A stretch of 32,000 nt of DNA from Promethearchaeota archaeon (lineage in GTDB: Archaea > Asgardarchaeota > Lokiarchaeia > Sigyniarchaeales > SOKP01), in NCBI GenBank assembly GCA_030606485.1, contig JAUWGH010000003.1, forward strand, positions 90,001-122,000. Reading direction: 5' to 3'. Each line of letters starts with the position of its first letter. The first letter of the stretch is position 1. The notes under the pieces were generated by a model. That model ran no database searches, was not told the DNA's origin, and was given only the letters and a program-made list of their open reading frames with translations. Below are positions 1 to 8,026 of this stretch, piece after piece. The position numbers were made by a program, and so were the translations under genes.

Positions 1-234
1 AAAAATGAAATATCTTTAATTTCTGGAAGATTATCATTAAACATATATGATTAACTAAGAAAGAAACTTAATAAAATTTATAAAAAAAAAGTAATTTACC
101 TAAACGCTATAATATAAAATAGACAATAAATTTTATTAGTAAATTATATCTATTTATTATTTCTTATTAGAATTAAAAATTTATTTGGCGTTTTATTTTA
201 AAATAATAGAAGATTCAAAAATGAGATTTTAAAA

Positions 235-1218
235 ATGATAACACCAAAAAAGATTAAAGAAGTTTTAGAACACAATTGTATTAACCTTAGATTCCATGCA
301 CGCGGAGGACAAGGAGGTGTAACTGCTTCAAACTTATGCGTAGAAGCATTTTACGGTTATGGAATTTGCCAGCCTCGTTTTGGAGCTGAAAGAATGGGCA
401 GTCCAACTGAAAGTTATGTGCGGTTAAGTTTAAGCAAGGAGTTGATTAGGTCAAATGAACAAGTCTACGCTCCTCATTTTGTAGCCATTTTGGATGAATC
501 CCTAATGTGGGAGATTAATGTAACTGAGGGACTCCCAAAAGGTGGATGGATAATCATTAATACAGATATGAATCAATTAGAAATTCAAGAATTAATTGAG
601 AGAAAAGATCTAAATATTGCTACAATTCCCGCTACTACAATTGCTTTAGATGTTTTTGGAAGAAATATTACTAATACTATAATTCTTGGTGCATTAATTA
701 GAGTTTCTCAACTTTTCTCATTGGAAGAATTATCGAATGCCATCCAAAATAGATTTAAGGGCTCGATTATCGAAAAAAATATTAAAGCTATAAAACAAGC
801 AATAGATGCAACTTGTGTATATGAAGTAGAAGATGAGATAGATTTCACTGTGGATACTAAAGTAGCTTGGACACAAATTGATCCATTTCTACCTGGATAT
901 GAGGAATTAGATAAAGCGGGTGTATGGTATTGCGATGAAGATGTTATTTCTTATGGTAGTAAACAGGTAAAAACCGGTTCTTGGGGTGAATATGATATAA
1001 TATGGGATAAAGAAACTTGTACTGATTGCGCTCAATGTTGGTATATTTGTCCTGACTTCGCTATTCTAAGAGAGAAAGGTGAGGATGAATTATGGCACAT
1101 GACGGGGGTTGATCAATTTCATTGTAAATCGTGTTTAAATTGTGTGAATATTTGCCCAGTAAATGCCCTATCAAAAAAATTAAAACAAAGACCCGGCACA
1201 TGTGCCGTGGAGGAATAA
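235..1218 (+). CDS. porC: 2-oxoacid (pyruvate-type):ferredoxin oxidoreductase gamma subunit fused to delta (2x[4Fe-4S]) subunit
   Basis: N-terminal gamma motifs RFHARGGQGGVTA and FGAERMGSPTESYVR; C-terminal KTGSWG followed by CTDCAQCWYICP and CKSCLNCVNICP ferredoxin motifs typical of PorD. Confidence 0.92.
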   Translation: MITPKKIKEVLEHNCINLRFHARGGQGGVTASNLCVEAFYGYGICQPRFGAERMGSPTESYVRLSLSKELIRSNEQVYAPHFVAILDESLMWEINVTEGLPKGGWIIINTDMNQLEIQELIERKDLNIATIPATTIALDVFGRNITNTIILGALIRVSQLFSLEELSNAIQNRFKGSIIEKNIKAIKQAIDATCVYEVEDEIDFTVDTKVAWTQIDPFLPGYEELDKAGVWYCDEDVISYGSKQVKTGSWGEYDIIWDKETCTDCAQCWYICPDFAILREKGEDELWHMTGVDQFHCKSCLNCVNICPVNALSKKLKQRPGTCAVEE

Positions 1219-1220
1219 TT

Positions 1221-1228
1221 GGAGGTGA
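1221..1228 (+). promoter_or_regulatory. Shine-Dalgarno site of porA
   Basis: GGAGGTGA ending 7 nt before the ATG at 1236. Confidence 0.8.
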
Positions 1229-1235
1229 AAATTAA

Positions 1236-2459
1236 ATGTCAATAGAACCAATGAGAATATTTTTTAAGGAAATTAAAGAACCTATTGAGACTACAATGAT
1301 TGGAAATTATGCTGTCGCTGGCGGAATAACACAAACTGACCCAGATGTGATATGTGCATTTCCAATTACGCCACAAACTCAATCAGTTGAAGGATTATCC
1401 GACGTTGTGCATCAGGGTAGATTAAAGGCAGCTTTCATTAATGTTGAATCAGAATTGGCGGCTATGAGTTATTCTACAGCAGCATGTGCTGCAGGAGCAA
1501 GAACATTTACTGCAACCGCTTCTCAAGGCTATTTATTAATGGCGGAGGCTTTACCTATGGCAGTTGGTTGGCGTGTTCCATTAACTATGATGATTTCAGC
1601 CAGAGCTTTTAACGCTCCGAATTTATCAATTTGGAACTCTTGGGAATTTGTTTTAATTGATTTTGGTTGGAATTGTATCGTCTCTGAAAATGTTCAAGAG
1701 ACTTATGATTCTGCTATTTTATCCGTGATGATTTCAGACACCTCATTATTTCCCACAATGTTTGTTCATGATGGTTTCATTATATCTCATTCAGTTCAAC
1801 AATTAACATTAATTCCTGATGAGACTGTCCGGAATTTGACTCCGAAAAAACCAAGGCATCAAATTGATCCAGAACATCCAGGAACATGGGGCGGGATTGT
1901 GACTCCTAGCTATTTTATGGAAGGTAGAATGAGATTAGATGTGGATAAAAAGCCAGTTTTAAATCATATTAAAAACGTTTTTGAACGCTTTAAAAAAGCA
2001 ACAGGACGGAAATATGATTTAATTGAAACTTTTAATTTAGATAATTCTTCCAGAACTGCATTTATAACTACGGGTTCCATGTGTGGAAACATTATAAGCT
2101 GGATGACTAAAAATAAAGACATAGGGCTTATTAAAATACGCACTTATCGTCCATTTCCTTATGATGAATTACAAAATATAATCCAAGAACATAATATTGA
2201 AAAATTAATTATTTTTGAGAAATGTGACTCATTAAACAATCTCTTACCGCCATTTTCCTCTTCAATTATGACAGCAGTATATCCTCTAGGAACACTATTT
2301 AGGTCATATATTGTTGGATTAGGTGGACGAGATGTTACGAGGGATGAGTTTAATGTTGCTAAAAAGAATATGGAAAATGTGAAAGATATGAAAGGTCAGC
2401 TCTATATGTATCTTGGAGTAAGAGAGCGAAAAAATAAAATTCATGGGGTGAATATGTAA
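1236..2459 (+). CDS. porA: 2-oxoacid:ferredoxin oxidoreductase alpha subunit
   Basis: GNYAVA, FPITPQT, VESELAAMS, TATASQG, FVHDGFIISH, IKIRTYRPFP and GLGGRDV motifs; lies between the gamma-delta and beta genes. Confidence 0.93.
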   Translation: MSIEPMRIFFKEIKEPIETTMIGNYAVAGGITQTDPDVICAFPITPQTQSVEGLSDVVHQGRLKAAFINVESELAAMSYSTAACAAGARTFTATASQGYLLMAEALPMAVGWRVPLTMMISARAFNAPNLSIWNSWEFVLIDFGWNCIVSENVQETYDSAILSVMISDTSLFPTMFVHDGFIISHSVQQLTLIPDETVRNLTPKKPRHQIDPEHPGTWGGIVTPSYFMEGRMRLDVDKKPVLNHIKNVFERFKKATGRKYDLIETFNLDNSSRTAFITTGSMCGNIISWMTKNKDIGLIKIRTYRPFPYDELQNIIQEHNIEKLIIFEKCDSLNNLLPPFSSSIMTAVYPLGTLFRSYIVGLGGRDVTRDEFNVAKKNMENVKDMKGQLYMYLGVRERKNKIHGVNM

Positions 2460-2461
2460 AA

Positions 2462-3547
2462 ATGTCAAAACCAGAGAAAAATATTATTAAAGTTGAAGAT
2501 TTGCTCGCACGAAATGAAAAATGTAATACGCTATTCTTTAATTACGACAATGAAGCTTTTATGAATACAGGAATTCAAGAATCGGGTGCCACCCCACCAT
2601 TCGCTTCAACAACGACTGGTCCTGCTGGAGAAAAGATTCCTGGTAAAATTGGTGTTAAACAAGATTTAGTTACACCAATGGCATTTTTTGGTGGTAAATC
2701 TATGTTCTTAGCAACTGTAAATCCAGCATATCCTAATGATTTCATGGGAAAAGTAATTGAAGCATTAAAAACAAATGGTGGTGCTTTCATCCAAGCTTAC
2801 TCTGATTGTATGAGAGGATGGCGTCATGCGGCAGAAGATGCTTATAAAATATCAAAAATGGCTACAGATAGTGGATATTGGCCTCTTTATACAGTTAGAA
2901 TTAAAGAAGGTATACCTAAATTTTCATTTTATCGTGGATTAGACGTTGATCGTGATATATTCATTGAATACTTAAAGTCAATGGGTAAGTTTAGACACCT
3001 TTTTAAACCAACTATGAGACAAAAAGAAATAGAAGAAATTATATATTTCACGGAATTACGAAATGAAAGATTGAGAAATTTAATTGCCATTATGGGTGCA
3101 GAGAAACCTAGTGATTTATATAAGTTAAATCGAAAAAAATTTGAGCCACAAATTCATATTCAACCAGGTCATGGTTTATGCCCAGGGTGTGGAGCAGGAA
3201 TGGTGTTAAACCAATTAGCTACCGCAGCAACCCAAGTAGCAGGTAAGAATATAGTTTATGTAAATAATACGAGCTGTAGCGAAGTTTCCACTGCTAAAGA
3301 TAATGTTAGTTCTTGGAATGTTCCATGGGTGCATCATTTATTTGAATCTGGAGCAACTGTGGCGGAAGCAATTTCTACTGCCTATAAAATCCGAAAAACT
3401 AAAGGATTATTTGACGGAGATATTCCATATGTTATTCATATTGGAGGAGATGGTTCCTATTATGATATTGGCTTTCAATTTTTCAAAGCTGCTCTAATTC
3501 GAACCAGTTCTACTATGGAAATGAATGAATATTTAAACCAAAAATAA
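2462..3547 (+). CDS. porB: 2-oxoacid:ferredoxin oxidoreductase beta subunit, circularly permuted
   Basis: Has all beta motifs (YDNEAFMNTGIQ, TPPFASTTT, CMRGW, PGHGLCPGCG, NTSCSEV, GGDGSYYDIGFQ), but the normally N-terminal half is at the C-terminus. Confidence 0.9.
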   Translation: MSKPEKNIIKVEDLLARNEKCNTLFFNYDNEAFMNTGIQESGATPPFASTTTGPAGEKIPGKIGVKQDLVTPMAFFGGKSMFLATVNPAYPNDFMGKVIEALKTNGGAFIQAYSDCMRGWRHAAEDAYKISKMATDSGYWPLYTVRIKEGIPKFSFYRGLDVDRDIFIEYLKSMGKFRHLFKPTMRQKEIEEIIYFTELRNERLRNLIAIMGAEKPSDLYKLNRKKFEPQIHIQPGHGLCPGCGAGMVLNQLATAATQVAGKNIVYVNNTSCSEVSTAKDNVSSWNVPWVHHLFESGATVAEAISTAYKIRKTKGLFDGDIPYVIHIGGDGSYYDIGFQFFKAALIRTSSTMEMNEYLNQK

Positions 3548-3560
3548 TTTTTCTTTTTTT
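3548..3560 (+). terminator. Archaeal-type T-rich terminator after the por operon
   Basis: TTTTTCTTTTTTT directly after the porB stop codon. Confidence 0.5.
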
Positions 3561-3646
3561 AAAACCCTTTCTACCTTATTGTTTTTGAATTCAAAGAATT
3601 AACTTTTTAAATTCATTCAATATAATATAAAATTGGTGTAAATTAA

Positions 3647-4051
3647 ATGATTGATTTAAAAATGATTAATATTAATACCCCCCAACGAGAGATATTAATG
3701 GATATTACAAGAGAGATAAATAATATTGTATCAGAATCTAATATACAAAATGGTGTTTGTCGATTATTTGTTCCACATACAACAGCAGGAATAACCATTA
3801 ATGAAAATGCTGATCCTTCTGTTAAAAAAGATATAATAAATTTTTTAGGAAAACTAATTCCTCAAAACGCCGGATTCAGCCATATGGAGGGAAATTCTGA
3901 TGCTCATATCAAATCCACACTTGTTGGTCCTTCTTTAGAGATCTTAATTAACAATAAAAGATTAGTATTAGGGACGTGGCAAGGAATTATGTTCGCAGAA
4001 TTTGATGGACCTCGGAATAGGAAGCTTCATATTCAATTGCAAGGCGAATAA
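3647..4051 (+). CDS. YjbQ/UPF0047 family protein (secondary thiamine-phosphate synthase family)
   Basis: FVPHTTAGITINENADPSV, HMEGNSDAHIKSTLVG and LGTWQGIMFAEFDGPR signatures. Confidence 0.92.
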   Translation: MIDLKMININTPQREILMDITREINNIVSESNIQNGVCRLFVPHTTAGITINENADPSVKKDIINFLGKLIPQNAGFSHMEGNSDAHIKSTLVGPSLEILINNKRLVLGTWQGIMFAEFDGPRNRKLHIQLQGE

Positions 4052-4391
4052 CTTTTTTAATTACATATTTTAAATTTTGTAGTTGAAATTCTAGAATTTT
4101 ACAAAATAATTTTGTCGGTATTGATAATATTTTTTAAAATTTAATCATAATTACTAGTTTATATTAATTTCCTAAATTATCAACCAGAAATACGTCGCTT
4201 ATTTTTAATTTAATAATTAAAATATATAAATAATAGAAACAATACTTTTTTAAGAGAAATAAAAATAAGATACTGGGAAAAAAATAGAAATTTTTAGAGA
4301 GCTTAGTGAAAATTTGACAAAAATTGAAAGAAAAATGATTTTACAAATTTTATTTGACAAAAATATTTTATAGTTGGTGTATATTTAGAAG

Positions 4392-4952
4392 TTGAATAGG
4401 ATTAAATGGGAAGATATAAGAATCGAAGATATTGGGCTTAAAAGTATTATAAAGTTATTAGATGTTCTTAATTCAAATTCGAGTGATGTTGATAAAAATA
4501 TCGCTTATAAAAGTCTTATAAAGTTAGGAAAGGAGTTAGTTGAACCATATTTAGAGAAATATTTAATTAAAAACTATGACTATGATGGTAATCAAAGTGA
4601 GCTACTTCTTAGATTACTTATAAAATTGAATAAAAATAATAATTTATTGTTCCAATTTCAATTAAAAAACCCAGATTTCGTTAAACGTGCTGTAGCAGTA
4701 GAAAGAATTGGAGAATTAAAATTACAATCCTATTTGCCAGAAGTAATAAAATTAATAGATGATGATGATCCATCTGTTCGTTTTGCAGTCTGTAAAACAT
4801 TAAAAATATTTCTTAAAGATGATATTGTAAATTTAAATCATATTATAAAAAACAATATTCTCATATGTCTTATTGATAGGAATTCTAGAGAAAATAACCT
4901 TGTAATTAAAAAAACAATTCAACGATTAATTTCTAATTATTTCAATGTATAA
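4392..4952 (+). CDS. HEAT/PBS-type alpha-helical repeat protein
   Basis: TTG start; HEAT-like units (LKNPDFVKRAVAVERIGEL; LIDDDDPSVRFAVCKTL). Confidence 0.65.
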   Translation: MNRIKWEDIRIEDIGLKSIIKLLDVLNSNSSDVDKNIAYKSLIKLGKELVEPYLEKYLIKNYDYDGNQSELLLRLLIKLNKNNNLLFQFQLKNPDFVKRAVAVERIGELKLQSYLPEVIKLIDDDDPSVRFAVCKTLKIFLKDDIVNLNHIIKNNILICLIDRNSRENNLVIKKTIQRLISNYFNV

Positions 4953-5047
4953 TTCCACAAATTATGAGAATTTTAAATCTATAAAGATTTATTAAATCTT
5001 AAGTTAATATATAACATAGCGATACAATTAAACAAATTTGATATAGT

Positions 5048-5587
5048 ATGCCTAGTTTCGATTATACCTTTAAAGTGCTTATGTTGGGGGAAGCATCAGT
5101 AGGAAAGACAAGTTTGACGAAACGATATGTCCAAGGTATTTTTAACCCGGATGAGAAGCTGACTATCGGAGTGGATTTCTATATAAAAAATGTTGATGTC
5201 TTAGACAAAAAAGTCAAACTGCAAATATGGGACCTTGGAGGTGAACAGCGATTCCGATTTTTATTACCCACATATTGTTTGGGAGCTAATGCAACTATAT
5301 TTATGTATGACATTACTCGATTAAATACTTTAGAGAATATTCATTCTTGGTTATCAATTGTATATCAAAGAAGTGGATTAATCCCCATTATGTTAGTGGG
5401 TTCTAAGTTAGATCTAGAAAAACATGAAAGATCGGTTCATCGAGATTATGGAATTCAAGTAGCCCAAGAAAATAATTTAGCTGGTTGGATAGAAATATCA
5501 TCTAAAAATAATGTCAATGTAGATAATGTTTTTGAAACTCTTTGTAAATTTATGTTAGAACGAGCAGTAAAAAGGAGTAAATTCTGA
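5048..5587 (+). CDS. Rab-like small GTPase (Ras superfamily)
   Basis: G1 GEASVGKTS, G2 TIGVDF, G3 WDLGGE, G4 GSKLD, G5 ISSK; RabF-like motifs IGVDF, KLQIW, RFRFL, YCLGA, YDIT; no C-terminal Cys. Confidence 0.93.
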   Translation: MPSFDYTFKVLMLGEASVGKTSLTKRYVQGIFNPDEKLTIGVDFYIKNVDVLDKKVKLQIWDLGGEQRFRFLLPTYCLGANATIFMYDITRLNTLENIHSWLSIVYQRSGLIPIMLVGSKLDLEKHERSVHRDYGIQVAQENNLAGWIEISSKNNVNVDNVFETLCKFMLERAVKRSKF

Positions 5588-5590
5588 AAA

Positions 5591-6565
5591 ATGGAGCAAC
5601 GTGAAGGAGATAAAATTAATTCTATACGAAGAATATTTGAATTAATTGGAAAATCGGAAAAGAGTATTGAACAGATATACGATTTTTTGCTTAAAAATAA
5701 AAAAATTGAAGATCTCAGAAGAGTTTCAGATGATTTAGGCATAACATTAAAAAGGGGATACAAAGTTTGTGCGGTTCTAAATGAATTAGATTTAATACAA
5801 ATTTTCGATCGCCCGATGAAAATCAATTTATTAAATCCAATTGTTGCCTGGCAGAAAATAATTAATAAAAATATTAATGAATTAAGTGAAGATTTGGATA
5901 AAAAAATAAGTTCACTTGAAGAGTCATTAAACACATTTTTTAAAGTATATGAACTAAAAGAACCAGAAGTGGGAGAACCGATTGAATTCTTAAATTTTGA
6001 TACTAAAAACCTTAATTGGGTTTATTATCCCTATTTTGCTAACAGAGTTTCCAGAATTGCAATTGGAATCGCTTATGAAAATCCATTTATAAATGAACTT
6101 ACTAAAGTAGAGTTTTCAAAAATAGAGAAAGAATTAGTTGGAATATTAGCAGAAAATTTAAGAGTTTTAGCTGAACATATTCAACAAATTGAAATCTTGA
6201 TTATTTTAAATTCAAATGTATTAGAGGCTTTTTTAAATTCAATTCGATATAAAAATTTAGTTAATCATTTATATGAAAAGCAGATCAAACCCCATAAGAT
6301 TGAAGTGAGAATAACACATGAAGATTTCAGTAATTTTGCATTAAGAGACGATGAAATGCTAATTCAACCGAGCTTTGATCCATCAAATATTCTATTAGGC
6401 TCTTATATTTCTCGACAAAAAGATATTGTAAAAATTTTTAAACAGAAATTTGATGATTTATTTGAAAAAAGTCTCCTTGTTAACGATTATCTTAGAGACC
6501 ATAGAATTTTTGAAAAAAGTGAGTTATCAAATATTGATAAATTAGCTTTAGGATTCCTTCAATAA
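5591..6565 (+). CDS. TrmB-like transcriptional regulator (N-terminal wHTH, C-terminal effector-type domain)
   Basis: IYDFLL...RRVSDDLGITLKRGYKVCAVLNELDLI resembles the TrmB HTH, followed by a P-x-x-x-W/coiled segment; C-terminal VRIT...FALRDDEMLI resembles the TrmB PLD-like domain. Confidence 0.6.
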   Translation: MEQREGDKINSIRRIFELIGKSEKSIEQIYDFLLKNKKIEDLRRVSDDLGITLKRGYKVCAVLNELDLIQIFDRPMKINLLNPIVAWQKIINKNINELSEDLDKKISSLEESLNTFFKVYELKEPEVGEPIEFLNFDTKNLNWVYYPYFANRVSRIAIGIAYENPFINELTKVEFSKIEKELVGILAENLRVLAEHIQQIEILIILNSNVLEAFLNSIRYKNLVNHLYEKQIKPHKIEVRITHEDFSNFALRDDEMLIQPSFDPSNILLGSYISRQKDIVKIFKQKFDDLFEKSLLVNDYLRDHRIFEKSELSNIDKLALGFLQ

Positions 6566-6639
6566 ATTTAGTTCTCGTTTATATCACTTAATATCTAATT
6601 ATCGATAAATTACCAAAAATATAATAAATAGAGGATAAA

Positions 6640-7317
6640 ATGAAGATCATAGTATTCAGCCCTCATCCTGATGATGAGATTTTTGGCTGTGGAGGAAGCA
6701 TATTAAAATGGATTGAAGAAAACCATGACGTTCACGTTATTTATATCTCTGACAATAGAGCGACAATTACTTGGGCAAAAAAGCATGGAAATTTTATTGA
6801 AACTGAAAAAAATAAAAATTTAACTGAAGAACAAGTGGCAAAAATCGGACTTAAAGAGGCAAGAGAAGCTGCAAAATTTTTAGGATTGTCAGAGAAAAAA
6901 GTTCATTTATTTAAATTTCCTGATCAAAAAGTTAAAGATTTTATTGATAAAGGTGTACAACTTGCAAAACCAATTGTAAAGGATGCAGATAGATTTGTTA
7001 TCCCTAGTGCTAATAATGAACACACAGATCATCAAGCTACCTATGAGATTGCAGTAAGAACGGCTGAAGAACTCAAATTAAAAAATCTCGAATTTTTTGT
7101 GTATGCTTTACACAAACCTTTACGAGCAGAAGGCGAGTATTTAGTTAAAATTAAGATGGGTGATTTGCGCCAAAAATTATTTGATGGTTTACAAATTTAT
7201 AAATCTCAATTTTGGTCTAAAGAAATGTCTCGTAACACTCTTTGGGTAAAGGGAAAGCGTAGAGAACGGTTCGGATATTATAAATTTGAAGATATTGGAA
7301 AATATTACAACTTTTAA
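6640..7317 (+). CDS. PIG-L/LmbE family deacetylase, paralogue 1
   Basis: SPHPDDE and EHTDH zinc-binding motifs. Confidence 0.9.
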   Translation: MKIIVFSPHPDDEIFGCGGSILKWIEENHDVHVIYISDNRATITWAKKHGNFIETEKNKNLTEEQVAKIGLKEAREAAKFLGLSEKKVHLFKFPDQKVKDFIDKGVQLAKPIVKDADRFVIPSANNEHTDHQATYEIAVRTAEELKLKNLEFFVYALHKPLRAEGEYLVKIKMGDLRQKLFDGLQIYKSQFWSKEMSRNTLWVKGKRRERFGYYKFEDIGKYYNF

Positions 7318-7336
7318 TTTTTCTTTTAAATATTAC

Positions 7337-8011
7337 TTAGAAATTATAAAATTTACCAACATCTTTTAGTTTATAATAACCATATCTGTCTCTTCGTTTT
7401 CCTTTAACCCAAGAGCTTTGAGGACCCAGATCTTTAGTATAAAATTGTGATTTATGAAATTTTAAGGCTTCATACGCTTTAAATCTTAACTCTCCTACCT
7501 TAACCTTTATTAAATGTTCTCCTTCTGCTTTTAAGGGACAATGAACTGCAAATATATAAAATTCAAGTTGTTTAAGGTTAAGTTCTTCTGCTACCTTAAT
7601 AGCAATATCGTGAGTAGCTTGGTGATCGGGGTGTTCATTATTAGCACTTGGAATTACAAACCTATCGGCATCTTTTACAATATTTTTTATTTGCTCTACT
7701 GCCTCATGTATATAATTTTTAAGTTCTTGATCATAAAATTTTAGAAAATGTCGATTTTCTTTTTTTATTCTTAAGAATTCGGCGGATGCATCTGCTTCTT
7801 CTAATCTTATTTCAGCAAGCTGATTTTCGTCTATTCTAGTTTCTTTACAATCCTCAAGTTCATTTTTCTCTCTTGCTTTTCTATATCCTGCTCTTCCATC
7901 AGTAAACCAAATTATGTGAATGGTATGTCCATCTTCGAGCCATCTTAGAATTGAGCCACCTGCTGCAAAGATTTCATCATCAGGATGAGGTGCAAAAATA
8001 ATAATTTTCAT
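7337..8011 (-). CDS. PIG-L/LmbE family deacetylase, paralogue 2
   Basis: APHPDDE and EHPDH motifs; GGAGG SD at 8019-8023; starts 15 nt after the carB stop. Confidence 0.9.
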   Translation of the reverse strand: MKIIIFAPHPDDEIFAAGGSILRWLEDGHTIHIIWFTDGRAGYRKAREKNELEDCKETRIDENQLAEIRLEEADASAEFLRIKKENRHFLKFYDQELKNYIHEAVEQIKNIVKDADRFVIPSANNEHPDHQATHDIAIKVAEELNLKQLEFYIFAVHCPLKAEGEHLIKVKVGELRFKAYEALKFHKSQFYTKDLGPQSSWVKGKRRDRYGYYKLKDVGKFYNF

Positions 8012-8026
8012 AACTAAACCTCCCTA

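Noticed and set aside
1194-1207. Perfect 14-bp palindrome CGGCACATGTGCCG at the end of the gamma-delta gene
   Set aside because: Single occurrence inside coding sequence with no supporting context.
2575-3497. Short ORFs 2575-2790 (-) and 3303-3497 (+)
   Set aside because: Nested in porB; porB is one intact frame, so they do not indicate a frameshift.
3647-4051. Functional link between YjbQ (weak thiamine-phosphate synthase activity) and the ThDP-dependent por operon
   Set aside because: Separated by a T-rich terminator, and YjbQ is ubiquitous; adjacency alone is insufficient.
5455-5934. 159-aa minus-strand ORF
   Set aside because: Antisense to the Rab-like and TrmB-like genes, with no motifs; shadow ORF.
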